A stretch of 63,977 bases of DNA, filler included, from Catajapyx aquilonaris (lineage: Eukaryota), in NCBI GenBank assembly GCA_000934665.2. It is 2 parts of 2 records of this genome, joined end to end, with 100 filler letters (N's around TTAATTAATTAA, not from the genome) between each part and the next. Parts side by side here need not be neighbours in the genome. Positions count along the whole stretch, not along the records: positions 32,046 to 63,977 come from JYFJ02004476.1; 1 more part is not named here. The stretch is one strand, 5' to 3'. The notes beneath the pieces were generated by a model that was not told where the DNA came from, did not search any database, and was given only the letters and a program-made list of their open reading frames with translations. Shown one piece after another: positions 63,841 through 63,977 of this stretch. Made by a program: the position numbers and the translations under genes. Each line of letters starts with the position of its first letter. Within the stretch, counting starts at the first letter, position 1.

Positions 63841-63977
63841 TCACAATGTGAATCTGAATACTTAAATAAAAGTGAATGACCCAAAATGGAAAGGTCATAA
63901 GTCCATGAGACAAAATTTTACAGGGGAGACAAAAAACTGAAATGCGGCATTGTAAATTCGTCAAGGTGGTCGGACTC

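Overview
Eukaryotic arthropod (probably hexapod) genomic DNA, split almost exactly in half by a 100-bp artificial linker (44 N + TTAATTAATTAA + 44 N, 31946-32045), so the two halves may not be contiguous. Left half: (i) the first three coding exons of a tachykinin/natalisin-type GPCR (TkR86C-like, minus strand, long TE-rich introns; the remaining exons are probably off the left edge); (ii) a compact 13-exon, about 531-aa cadherin-like gene with a signal peptide but no visible transmembrane segment; (iii) a divergently transcribed 10-exon pickpocket (DEG/ENaC) gene; (iv) the 5' end of an LTR retrotransposon whose LTR-end/tRNA-Lys primer-binding site is repeated four times in tandem. Right half: a single-coding-exon truncated Sin3 paralog (PAH1+PAH2 only) and a candidate two-exon orphan gene. 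It also holds many non-autonomous elements: long foldbacks, Kolobok-, Sola-, Transib-, Tc1- and piggyBac-like MITEs, mini-Helitrons and tRNA-derived SINEs. A CpG-rich 20-bp minisatellite and an array of five hairpins built from inverted TTAGG telomeric repeats are also present. All gene models were spliced by eye using GT-AG sites and phase continuity; no database search was run.
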